A stretch of DNA of 63,037 nucleotides, the filler included. It is 8 parts of 8 records of this genome, joined end to end, with 100 filler letters (N's around TTAATTAATTAA, not from the genome) between each part and the next. Parts side by side here need not be neighbours in the genome. Positions count along the whole stretch, not along the records: positions 17,534 to 24,257 come from SRR31156797_36673; positions 24,358 to 34,617 come from SRR31156797_36681; 6 more parts are not named here. One strand, 5' to 3'. Made by a program: the position numbers and the translations under genes. Below the pieces are notes generated by a model, which made no database searches, was not told the DNA's origin, and saw only the letters and a program-made list of their open reading frames with translations. Of the stretch, positions 20,996 to 31,143 are shown in pieces (within the stretch, counting starts at the first letter, position 1; every line of letters starts with the position of its first letter).

Positions 20996-23900
20996 TTATC
21001 GGAGGTTCCCGACTAACTCTTTTAGTGCTTCGATTGCTTCAGATACCTTTGCCTGTGCTATTTCCACTGTCCATCCACCTGCTGTAAACAGATAGCCAAC
21101 TCCCCCTATAGCTGCCAGTGCAACTGCGCCAAGTATGTAGAGGACAACACCGGATTTCTCAAAGACTTCATATTCCTTACTAAGATCGCCGATCTGAGCT
21201 TTGTAGGTACCCATTTCTTCTTCTTCATGAGTAAACTCAACAACTGTGGACTGATCAATATCGAGACTTACAAGTTGAGAATCAACGACTACATCATTGA
21301 TCTTAAGCTCCACATTGAATGACCCGTTAGCAGTACCGGAATTAACAATATTTGCACTTATTGTTGCTTCCTGGCCCTGCTTGATCTCAAGAGGACTTAT
21401 CTCCAGGTTGCTATACACGAATTTAGCAGCCTGTTCCTGGACTTTAACGTCAAGTTCAGCCTCAATGAGACCGGATTTTGTAGCAGTTATCTTGTGAGTA
21501 CCTGTTTCGGTTGCCGTATAGGTAACAGTACCATCACTACCAGTCGTCCCAATGGATTTACCGTCTAATGAGACTTCAGCACCATCAATTCCTTCACCGC
21601 CAATGGCCTGCAGGACAAAGATGGTCATGGATGTTCCTTCATAGACTTCATCAGGAGATACTTCTATGCTCATTTTCTTTGTTTCATCGTCCTCATCTAT
21701 GATTTCGATGTCTTTGGAACCTGTAGCATAATTGTCCTTCTCAGCAGTTATCTCAAATGTTCCTGCTGTTGAGAAAGTATAGGCCAGTGTACCGTCATCT
21801 TCCGTTGTACCTATGGTTGTGCCATCAACTTTAACGGTTACTTCGCCAACTGATCCACCACGGGAAGTCACAGTTATGATTACCTCTTCATCTTCAACAA
21901 CAGTATCTGAACTCAGGTCAATAGAAAGAGTTTCAGAGGCAGCAACAACCCTCTCTACATATGGATAGTACCTTACAGTACTGGAGTCTGCCACCCTTAT
22001 ACCTACATTACCCATAAGTTCGATATCATCATCCTTACTAAGGCTAATACTATCATCGTTCTTCATAGTAATGGAATCATCGTTAAAGGATGTGATCTCC
22101 ATTTCATCATAATTGTCACCACTTTCCAGCTCAATGTAATCATCGGATATCTGGAAAATACCCTGAACAAACACCGCATTACTTTCGGTACCTCGGAATA
22201 CCTCATCAAAGTGGACTATGATAAGAGGTACATCATCTGCATCACCAAGATCAGTCTCATACACATAATCCGAGCCAGAGGATGCAATGCCGGTATCAAC
22301 TTCATCGCCGTCAAGATACAGCTCTACAAGGACACGATCACCGTTAGTGTCGACCTCAACTATATCCAGTGAGTAGCCTTCCTCAAGCTGCAATGAAGAA
22401 CCTGAGAAAACTGAAACCTTTTCATCGTCATCTGTGAGGACTTCAGACAGATAACCGTTTGACAGAAGACTGACATCATTAACGCCGTCTATGGTCGTGT
22501 TGTCATCATCAAAACCTACGAAAAACTTCTGGGCAACAAATCCAATTACCTCAAATTCACCCCATTCGGAGTGTTCGAACTCAACGGATTTAGCTACGCT
22601 ATTATAGACGAGTTTACGACTTGGAATGGTTCTGCCACTAATTTCCTCTAGTTCAAGAGTCTCAGTCTGTATACCTTCATCGATATCATAGTAGAAACCT
22701 TCAAAGTTAAGAGGAGTCCATGTGAGAAGATCAGTGCCTTCTACAACAGTTCCACGAAGTTCGTATGTACCCGGATCTGTCATATCCACATAAGGTGCAA
22801 ATCTGAGGTCACTATTATCAGCAACAATGAGATTTATCTTGCCCATAAGTTCGATTGAATCACCCTTGGAAAGGGAAACACTATCTTCATTTTCCATCTC
22901 AATGAGTTCATCGCTTATTGATGTAATCTCCATCTCACCGAAGTTGCTTCCATCATCAAGCTCCAGGTATTCATCTGATATCTGGAAGATACCTTCTATA
23001 AAGACAGCGTTGGATTCAGTACCACTGAACACATCATCGAAGTGGACTATGATAATAGCTACATCGTCTGCATCACCAATGTCTGTCTCATAGATGTAAT
23101 CATCATTGCTTTCAACTATGCCCGTATCAAGTTCATCGCCATCTTTTGTGAGGGTTACAAGCACACTGTTACCATTCACGTCGACTTCTGCAATGTTAAG
23201 ATCATACCCATCTTCAAGTGTAAGTGATGAACCAGCAAATACGGATTCTTTGTCATCATCATCGATAAGGATCTTTGAAAGCTGACCTGAAGACATCATG
23301 CTGACCTCATCAACGTCTATATCCGTGTCATCGGTGTATGCTGCAAAGTATTTCTCTGCCATAAAACCGATTACCTGATACGAACCCCAGTCACTGTGAT
23401 CGAAGTCTGTCTCGACAGGTCTGGTCTGGTAAATAATGTCACCGTCATCTATTGAGCGGTCAATATTCCTGATTGTCATGTTCTCAGAACTGAGTCCTGA
23501 TTCAAGATCATAGAAGAAACCTGAGAAGCTTTTTGCATCCCAGATATAGTAATCTTCAGACTGGTCTGCATTTTCGTCCCATATCCTGTCTCCTGTGACA
23601 TAGTTTTTGGAGTACACAGTTATAGTTGTAGATGCTGTATCTGAATCAGCACCTTTTTCAACAGCCAGGGTAACATTGTACGTACCTGTAGAGGTAAAAG
23701 TGTATACAGGATTCTGGAGAGTGGAATCCTCAGTTCCGTCATCATTAAAGTCCCAGGACCAGGATGTCGGAGTGTTGGTAGAAGTATCATTAAACTGAAC
23801 TATGAGAGAAACAGGTCCTTCAGTTACATTTGTTGTGAATGAAGCATCAGGAGCTGTAGAAGTGGGTTCGTTGACAGTAATAGTTGTACTTGCTGTGGAA

Positions 23901-24257
23901 GATTCAGTGCCATTATATGCAGTCAGGACAACATCATAAGTACCTGCATCTGTAAATTCATGTGATAGCTCTGAATCACTATAAGTGCCACTACCATCAT
24001 CAAAATCCCATTCAAGAGAAGAAGCATTAACTGAAGTGGAGGTGAAAAGGACACTTAGAGGTTTATCACCTTCTGTAACATTAGTATCAAAACTGGCACT
24101 AACACCAGTTGAAACTGAATTGACAGTTATTGTTTTACTTGTACTGGAAGATTCAGTGCCATTATAAGCTGTCAAAGTAACGTCATAAGTACCTGAATCA
24201 GTAAAAGTATATTCAAAAACGGAAGCAGTAACATTTGCACCGCCATCATCAACATCC
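20996..24257 (-). CDS. PKD-domain S-layer (DUF1608 duplication) protein, 5'-truncated
   Basis: At least 3 PKD repeats (WDF..G...P.H/Y.F..GTY.V.L), two S-layer repeats (FSGFFYDL / FEGFYYDI...IGF.A.K), Ig-like domains and a C-terminal TM helix. Confidence 0.92.
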
Positions 24258-24357
24258 NNNNNNNNNNNNNNNNNNNNNNNNNNNNNNNNNNNNNNNNNNN
24301 NTTAATTAATTAANNNNNNNNNNNNNNNNNNNNNNNNNNNNNNNNNNNNNNNNNNNN
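24258..24357. other. Artificial contig spacer
   Basis: N44-TTAATTAATTAA-N44. Confidence 0.99.
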
Positions 24358-24483
24358 GGGGGGTGCACCAGCGGCCACATGATGAGCGGCATGATGCAGA
24401 CGTCGCTTAGTGGGTACTTGTTTGCAATTGGCGCTTTTGCAGCAGCAGTGCCTGCAGCAATATTAGTCTACAAAAGGAAATAA
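24358..24483 (+). CDS. YeeE/YedE sulfur-compound transporter, C-terminal fragment
   Basis: Translates to GGCTSGHMMSGMMQTSLSGYLFAIGAFAAAVPAAILVYKRK*. It is absent from the ORF track. GCTSGH is a YeeE/YedE motif. Confidence 0.85.
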   Translation, partial: GGCTSGHMMSGMMQTSLSGYLFAIGAFAAAVPAAILVYKRK

Positions 24484-24490
24484 GAGGTTT

Positions 24491-25048
24491 ATGATGAATA
24501 TTATTCTAGCACTCATCCTTGGAGCATTTTTTGGTTTTGCCCTGCAGCGAGTGGGGGCAACCAACCCTCAAAATATAATCAATATGTTGCGCCTTAAAGA
24601 TCTGCATTTAATGAAAACCATTTTCTTTGCTATAGGAATCAGCAGCACCTTGTTGTTTCTTTTTATGGCCGCTGGCATCGTTGATAGTGCTAACCTTTCT
24701 GTTAAGAGCAGCTACTTTGGTGTTATTATTGGAGGGGCACTGCTTGGCCTGGGGTTTGCTGTAGCAGGTTACTGCCCCGGAACAAGTCTAACTGCACTTG
24801 CAGACGGTAGAAAAGATGCCTTGTTTTTTACTGGCGGCGGGCTACTGGGCGCCTTGCTGTATACTCTGGTTTACGGCAGCATCAAAGAAACTTGGGTGTT
24901 TGATAAGATTGCTGGTGGCAAGGTGATGCTTGCAGCAGGTTCTGGAAAGTTTGAGTCGCTACTGCCCCTGATGCCAGGCACCTTACTGGCCGCGGTCATA
25001 GGTATTGCCTTTATGCTTATCGCATGGATACTTCCTGAAAAAGTCTAG
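24491..25048 (+). CDS. YeeE/YedE (DUF6691-like) sulfur transporter, second subunit
   Basis: Hydrophobic protein with the GYCPGT motif; paired with the upstream YeeE. Confidence 0.9.
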   Translation: MMNIILALILGAFFGFALQRVGATNPQNIINMLRLKDLHLMKTIFFAIGISSTLLFLFMAAGIVDSANLSVKSSYFGVIIGGALLGLGFAVAGYCPGTSLTALADGRKDALFFTGGGLLGALLYTLVYGSIKETWVFDKIAGGKVMLAAGSGKFESLLPLMPGTLLAAVIGIAFMLIAWILPEKV

Positions 25049-25059
25049 CATTAATTTTT

Positions 25060-25092
25060 CCCCTAAGCTTTTCCGGAGGATAGGCTTAGGGG
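25060..25092 (+). terminator. Stem-loop after the yeeE pair
   Basis: cccctaagc...gcttagggg inverted repeat. Confidence 0.6.
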
Positions 25093-25339
25093 ATCTTAAG
25101 ATATTTTTCCCCTCCGATTTGTTTCGCTTTCACCCAACCCATACGATACATTACGCGCGTTATTGAATTGTTGGGAATCGTTTTTTTTTTCTTCAAATCA
25201 GATTTGTTCAATTGTTGTATGATCAGGTTAGCAAAATTTTACCCAACCTTTTAATATGATGTAGTAGCTGCAATACGTTTTGTTGTAATTTGTAACCTCT
25301 AACCATTGAAAGAACGTAAAAAATATGGTTGTTGTCTAC

Positions 25340-26548
25340 ATGCGCATACTGTTTATCACCCTTGCCGCGATCTATACTTTCCTGCCTGTAATTGTGACGA
25401 ATGCGGTCGGTTCTGAACCTGATAACTTTGAGTCACTACCATTGACCATTACACCAAGGATTATAGGTGGAACAGCAGCTATCCCCGGAGTATGGCCATG
25501 GATGGCTGCGCTAATACGCTCAGATTCTTCAAACTATTATTACGGCAATTTTTGTGGAGGAGCCCTCATAGCTGAGACCTGGGTATTGACTGCTGCACAC
25601 TGTGTCTATGATGAATACTTGGGTGCTTGGGATGCTCCAGGAGAAGTGGATGTCGTCATGGGATTGTATAATCTGAAATCTGATGTAGGGGACAGGATAT
25701 CAGTAAAGCGAATTGTAGGTCACCCTAAGTATAATCCTATAACCTTTGATAGTGATCTGGCCCTCCTTGAACTTGAACGATCCTCTGCTGCACAGACACT
25801 CTCACTCTTTTCCGGTTCAGCCAATGTTCTGGCTGAAAGCCCGGCTGTTATCATTGGTTGGGGTGATACAGGTCAGAGCTGTTCTGAAAGATACCCAGGG
25901 GAACTCCAACAGGTAAGCGTTCCTCTCGTCAGCAATACTGTCTGCAGTGCAGCCTATTCCGGGATGATAACTAAAAACATGCTCTGTTCTGGTTATGCCG
26001 AAGGGGGGAAAGACAGCTGTGCAGGTGATAGTGGGGGACCTCTCATGGTTCAAGTTGATAGTCAATGGCAGCATGCAGGGATAATATCGTGGGGGAGTGG
26101 GTGCGCCTTGCCAAATCTTTACGGTGTTAATACGAGGACATCAGAGTTTTCAGCTTTTATATCCTCTTATTTAAGCCCTCTGCCAAATATTGTCCTTAGT
26201 CCAGCAACAGTTCAATTTGGCTTTGTACCTGTTGGTTTTGTCCATAGGCAAACTGTTTGGGTTCATAATCAGGGGCAGGGTGAACTCGTTATTGGTAATA
26301 TAGGCGAGCATGACCCTCTTGAAAGGCCGTTTACCATAACACTTGATAACTGTTCAGGAACAAAGCTTGCTGCTGGTGAACACTGCCTTCTTGAAGTTAC
26401 TTATTCTTCTGATATTTTGCAGGACTATCAAGTCAGTTTTGACATACCAAGCAATGACCCCATCACAAGTTCTGCCACTGTAAATGTAACCGCACGTGAA
26501 AACCTTCCGTGGCAGCTATTTGTCCCAGCAATTTTTCATGCCCAGTAG
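25340..26548 (+). CDS. Secreted trypsin-like S1A protease with C-terminal Ig-like (choice-of-anchor D-like) domain
   Basis: Signal peptide, R|IIGG activation site, LTAAHC, DLALL and DSCAGDSGGP. Confidence 0.93.
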   Translation: MRILFITLAAIYTFLPVIVTNAVGSEPDNFESLPLTITPRIIGGTAAIPGVWPWMAALIRSDSSNYYYGNFCGGALIAETWVLTAAHCVYDEYLGAWDAPGEVDVVMGLYNLKSDVGDRISVKRIVGHPKYNPITFDSDLALLELERSSAAQTLSLFSGSANVLAESPAVIIGWGDTGQSCSERYPGELQQVSVPLVSNTVCSAAYSGMITKNMLCSGYAEGGKDSCAGDSGGPLMVQVDSQWQHAGIISWGSGCALPNLYGVNTRTSEFSAFISSYLSPLPNIVLSPATVQFGFVPVGFVHRQTVWVHNQGQGELVIGNIGEHDPLERPFTITLDNCSGTKLAAGEHCLLEVTYSSDILQDYQVSFDIPSNDPITSSATVNVTARENLPWQLFVPAIFHAQ

Positions 26549-26681
26549 TAACCCTGAGGAAATGAGGTAAACAGTATCGGGCGGCGTTTGAAGTTCCCTA
26601 CCAGTGCTAGACTTGGCCTTGATCCTGCTATGAAAGAGTGGGCTATAACAACAAAGTTGGCATCGAGATAACAGAGAAGGG

Positions 26682-27521
26682 TCAATTCTCATCTAACAAT
26701 AACATGAGGAAAGGAGGAATACTCAGACATCGCTCGTCTTCCCCGTCGCAATCCTGATCTATCCCGTCTCCACAGAGATCGAGTGCAAAAGGAAACACAC
26801 TTGAGTCAGTATCGTCACAGTCACCCTGGTTTTCTGTGCTGCCATCGCCGTCATTGTCAATATTATCTGTGTCTAAAAAAAATGCTTTAAACCAGTTGTG
26901 TGCCAGGATAAGGTTCCCTGTGCTGTTTAGATGCAGTCCATCAGTTGTCAGGTTCTCCCAGCCGCCGACGGTCGCGGAGTAGTGATCGGCAATGCTGACC
27001 CCTCTGCTGTTGGCCATGGTTATGATATGCCGATTATACGTCGGAATATCCTTAAAGCTGTTTGCAGGTATGCTGTCTGGGGTCAATGTACCGATAATTG
27101 GCTTGCCTTTATGGGCTCGAACTTTATCAACCATGGCTGCCAGATTACTGGCAATAGTTCCCGGTGAAAAAAAGGCGATGTCATTGGTGCCCCCCAAGAG
27201 TAATACCACATCGGGGTTCATCTGATCGAGGATTTGCTCGATTCGGCTCAGCATTCCGAAGGTAGAGTCACCGGGGTTTCCGTAATTGTAAACTGTGGAT
27301 GGTTTGCCCGATGCGTCGAGTTTTGCTTTAAGCTGTATTTCGAACCCTTCCTGTGGGCAGCTGCTGCATCCGTTGCCGTTATCTTGGAGGTATGGATAGC
27401 CTGCTGTGATGCTGTCGCCAACTGCAACCACACGTATCTCAGCTCTTCCTGTAGCGGGGGCGAGGATGCTTAATACGATTGACAGGTAGAGGCAGGTTAG
27501 TAAGATTTTGCTGTTCACCAT
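26682..27521 (-). CDS. Secreted SGNH/GDSL hydrolase with an Asp/Cys-rich (MopE-related/Cu-binding-like) repeat
   Basis: GDSIT, G, GTND and DGLH blocks; DNDGDG...DCDD...CGDGIDQDCDG. Confidence 0.9.
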   Translation of the reverse strand: MVNSKILLTCLYLSIVLSILAPATGRAEIRVVAVGDSITAGYPYLQDNGNGCSSCPQEGFEIQLKAKLDASGKPSTVYNYGNPGDSTFGMLSRIEQILDQMNPDVVLLLGGTNDIAFFSPGTIASNLAAMVDKVRAHKGKPIIGTLTPDSIPANSFKDIPTYNRHIITMANSRGVSIADHYSATVGGWENLTTDGLHLNSTGNLILAHNWFKAFFLDTDNIDNDGDGSTENQGDCDDTDSSVFPFALDLCGDGIDQDCDGEDERCLSIPPFLMLLLDEN

Positions 27522-28351
27522 TTCTTTCTATACATTTGTTTATGGGTACTGGACCAGACCTGAACTTCATCCTCAGGGTAAAAATAGGAGACCGAGTCAG
27601 GACTTGAGCCCTCATTAACCTTCATGTTCGCAGCCTTTAAGCGTGCATTGGCGGATTCATAAATGGTATCGGGCATCTTGTTTATTTGCTCAGGGCTCCA
27701 TTTTTTCCCGTTCCATCTGGAATAATACTGGTTATATCTATCACCGTCGAAGCTCTGCCATCTTACCCAGACTTCGCCGGCCCGCCCGACTCCGATAAGA
27801 GGAAGAACGTCCGGCAGGCTGTCATCAGTGTTAAGCTGTTGAGGCGGCGTCCACTCCCCGTCGGACCAGCTGCTCACATATATATCGTCGTCATCATCTC
27901 CTTTTGAACCAGAAAACGTCAGCCAGGTAACACCTGAAGAGTCGACCGCCAGGTGAGGAGCCATGGCATAACGCAAAGGAGTCTTAATGAAGTTCAGCTG
28001 CGTGCCCCGGTTACCATCTATAAGGCGAAAGGCCAATCGGACCGAGTCATTATCCCGTACCGTCCAGACCACAAAATTCCTTTTGTTATTGTCAACCACC
28101 ATTACTGGAGGGGAATTGACTGGCCCATCGCTGAAAAAGTGTGTTGTCTCTAGCCATTCGTTGTTGTTACGATGTAGTAAAACAAACTTAGACTCACCAT
28201 CCTCCATCTTATGCCAGGCAACCGCGGAGTCTTCTGCTCCATGTGCTCGAAAAGCAGAATATAAAAGTATTTGAACGATCAGTATAAGAATAAGCGTTGC
28301 TACGTACCCAACAGATTGATGGTGCAATTTCAGTATAACCTTATGCCTCAA
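27515..28351 (-). CDS. Hypothetical exported protein, BNR/beta-propeller-like
   Basis: N-terminal TM segment, repeated IY.S.W.G..W.P units, stop overlaps the SGNH start. Confidence 0.7.
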   Translation of the reverse strand: MRHKVILKLHHQSVGYVATLILILIVQILLYSAFRAHGAEDSAVAWHKMEDGESKFVLLHRNNNEWLETTHFFSDGPVNSPPVMVVDNNKRNFVVWTVRDNDSVRLAFRLIDGNRGTQLNFIKTPLRYAMAPHLAVDSSGVTWLTFSGSKGDDDDDIYVSSWSDGEWTPPQQLNTDDSLPDVLPLIGVGRAGEVWVRWQSFDGDRYNQYYSRWNGKKWSPEQINKMPDTIYESANARLKAANMKVNEGSSPDSVSYFYPEDEVQVWSSTHKQMYRKKW

Positions 28352-29067
28352 AATATTTTAGTCCTTAGAAAATTTTTAAGTATCCTTTTGGATACACATC
28401 ACCCTGTTATAAAACGCTTTAAATCAGGGTCTTTTTTACAGGTGCAGAAAATAAAGCTGGAATGACTGGGTGACAGCATTGCCTTGTTAAATAATTGCTC
28501 GGATTATTAAATATTGTGGGTTCTAATAATGTCCTGTCAACCCTGATTACGTCATTTATAAGATTCTTCAGGTTGGTCATTCGAGAAACTCAAGTGACCC
28601 AAGTATTTGCCTTGTTGAATTTCATGGAAAATACGGATCACAATATTTTGTCCTTGTCGCACTGGGAAAGACATGCCGCACAAACAGCATATGATCAGCC
28701 ACTTAGTCCTGCCAGCCTGGCAATGAATCTGTACGCTGCTTTACCCCGCATCCGTATAATCCTTATAGACCGCATCGAATTATATTTACAAGGTCTATTG
28801 TTCGATTTTTTGTGAAAATTAAAGTGCACGAAATTGTTAACCAATGGATTCGCGGCAATGAATGTGCAAAAGGATCCAGCTCTTTTTAAACTGGAGCGGA
28901 GGGAGGAGGGGAGGTTGGCTTAACTGTTTGCTTCACTTTTCTGATAAAATTTTTCGTCACTGATAGATGCCGTAATACATACGATCATTGATATTTTGCA
29001 TTCGCACTGATCGTACTATTTCGTTATTGCGGAAAAGCAGGAAAATATATCAACTCGGAAAGTTGAG

Positions 29068-29370
29068 CTACTTCTCTGTCCAAACAGGGGTTCCATTATC
29101 AAGCATACATTCAAGACTTTTAATCATTATTGAGTCTTCCACATCACCGTCTTTTATCGTTATTACATCAGCAGATACTCTGCCCTTGGTTGTTTTGAGT
29201 CTGTCTACCAGGCCTTGCTTGTATTGATGCAGGTCGTATTGGAGCGCTGCCTTTTTGGCCTCCTGCAAAGATTTGTATACGTATTCGTCATTGCTGGTCG
29301 GCTGAAAATTAACTTCGTCGGGACCTATGTATATCATATAAGATACGTCAACCATATAAGCAGCACTCAT
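29068..29370 (-). CDS. Hypothetical protein
   Basis: 100-aa ORF with an AGGAGAGG-like RBS; no recognisable motif. Confidence 0.6.
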   Translation of the reverse strand: MSAAYMVDVSYMIYIGPDEVNFQPTSNDEYVYKSLQEAKKAALQYDLHQYKQGLVDRLKTTKGRVSADVITIKDGDVEDSIMIKSLECMLDNGTPVWTEK

Positions 29371-29753
29371 GACCCTCTCCCTTTAAAAATTGGTAATATA
29401 TAATCAAGCTATTAATATTATAGAATTGCATGGTTTATTACTATCATTTTTTTGACAAAATATCGCGAGCACAAAACATCTAATCAGGTTCGATCGCAGC
29501 CAGACGCCTCTCACTTGGACCTGATAAAGTTATAAAGCACCAACGGAGAGGAGAATAATTTGGCACCACCTATGGTGATGTGAATTTGAAAAATCATTTC
29601 TTCAGTTTAATATTTGGTGCTACTCTTCTTTAGGGTATTTTGAAAATATTTTTTTTAGAATACCCTTTATGTATTTCGCAAAGCCATCCTTATCATATAA
29701 AGACTGTCTATCCCTGTTATGGATACATCCGCAGGTTTAACGCATCGATTATT

Positions 29754-31073
29754 ATGAGCCCAAAAAAATCCCATACGGGCATCTGTGTCCCGCCGCACAT
29801 CAAAATCAACCACCTCGGTGCAAAAGACTGTGTCACTGGGTCCTGCCACCTCGTCAGGTATTGTTCGGAGTCCCATGATAGCGTCAATATCATGGTGGAT
29901 TGTGGTTCCGCTTACGGTCATGATCCAGAATTATCCTTTGATGAGTTCCCAGTACTTCCAAACCAAATCGATTATCTCTTTTTAACTCACGCTCATATTG
30001 ATCATATCGGGAGGGTACCAGCGTTGATTGATGCTGGGTTCCGAGGCGAAATCATGTGCACCCATGCCACAAAGGCACTGCTTATTCCCATGCTCCGAGA
30101 CGCATTGTCCTTCTCTGTTAAAAGCAATAAAAAAATTCAGCAGTTGGAATCAGACATTGAATATCTTTCCTGGGGGTTTGAACTCTACGAAATCTTTACC
30201 CTTAAAAAGGGTATTACCTTCAAGCTGAAGAACGCAGGTCATATCCTCGGATCCTGTTTTATTCAGTTCACTTTTCCGGAAAATAAAAACAGCGAAGGGT
30301 TCAGGGTAACTTTTTCTGGAGACTTGGGATGCACTAATACCCCAATATTGCCGGATCCTGATCCACCTGAGAACTGTGACCTGTTAATTCTGGAATCTAC
30401 CTATGGTGACAGGCTGCATCCAGACAGAAAAAATAGAGTCGATATATTACAGAAATTGTTGAAAAAGGCGCTTGCCGATAACGGTATTGTTTATATCCCA
30501 GCCTTTGCTTTGGGGAGAACGCAGGAGTTACTTTACGAATTAGACCGAATTGGCGTAGACGTCCCGGTGTTTGTAGATTCGCCTTTAGGGCTTAAAATAA
30601 CCGAAATATATGCAGAGCTTGATAGCTTTTGGGATAAGGACGCAAAAGCCCTTCAAACTAAGGGCGACCACCCTTTTGATTTTAAGGGATTATATGCGGT
30701 AAAAAGATACAAAGAGCATCAACGATTGCTGGAGGTGAAAGGCCCCGCTATAATCATTGCCGGGAGCGGCATGTGCACAGGTGGGCGAATTGTCGACCAT
30801 CTGGAGCATGGTCTTCAGGACCCGTTAAATGACATTTTCTTTGTTGGTTATCAGGCGAAAGGGACTCGTGGCCGTAAAATCATTGAGAGGGAGGTCCCGG
30901 TTAGGGCTGGTATACATACGCTAACAGCGTATTCCGCTCATGCTGATCAGAAGATGATTGTTGACTGGGTGCGTTCAATGCCGACTTTTCCGAAAGAAAT
31001 TCGATTAGTGCATGGTGAGGATAAGGCGCGAAAAACTCTAGGACAGTTGTTGAAAGAAGAACCCCTCTTTTAA
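29754..31073 (+). CDS. MBL-fold beta-CASP metallo-hydrolase (RNA specificity domain)
   Basis: VTGSCH, THAHIDHIG, AGHILGS, ESTYG, FALGRTQE, SAHAD and VHGE; start codon uncertain. Confidence 0.93.
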   Translation: MSPKKSHTGICVPPHIKINHLGAKDCVTGSCHLVRYCSESHDSVNIMVDCGSAYGHDPELSFDEFPVLPNQIDYLFLTHAHIDHIGRVPALIDAGFRGEIMCTHATKALLIPMLRDALSFSVKSNKKIQQLESDIEYLSWGFELYEIFTLKKGITFKLKNAGHILGSCFIQFTFPENKNSEGFRVTFSGDLGCTNTPILPDPDPPENCDLLILESTYGDRLHPDRKNRVDILQKLLKKALADNGIVYIPAFALGRTQELLYELDRIGVDVPVFVDSPLGLKITEIYAELDSFWDKDAKALQTKGDHPFDFKGLYAVKRYKEHQRLLEVKGPAIIIAGSGMCTGGRIVDHLEHGLQDPLNDIFFVGYQAKGTRGRKIIEREVPVRAGIHTLTAYSAHADQKMIVDWVRSMPTFPKEIRLVHGEDKARKTLGQLLKEEPLF

Positions 31074-31092
31074 TCTTTTACCATCTTTCCTC

Positions 31093-31127
31093 CATCCGCG
31101 ACTGCAGACAGGCCACTGACGCGGATG
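31093..31127. terminator. Hairpin between convergent genes
   Basis: catccgcg...cgcggatg inverted repeat. Confidence 0.5.
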
Positions 31128-31143
31128 AAGGATGCTGGCAACA

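Noticed and set aside
28465..29067. ORFs 28495-28815 and 28988-29227, or a possible ncRNA in this gap
   Set aside because: They have TTG starts, no RBS or motifs and no recognisable RNA family, so the region is left unannotated.
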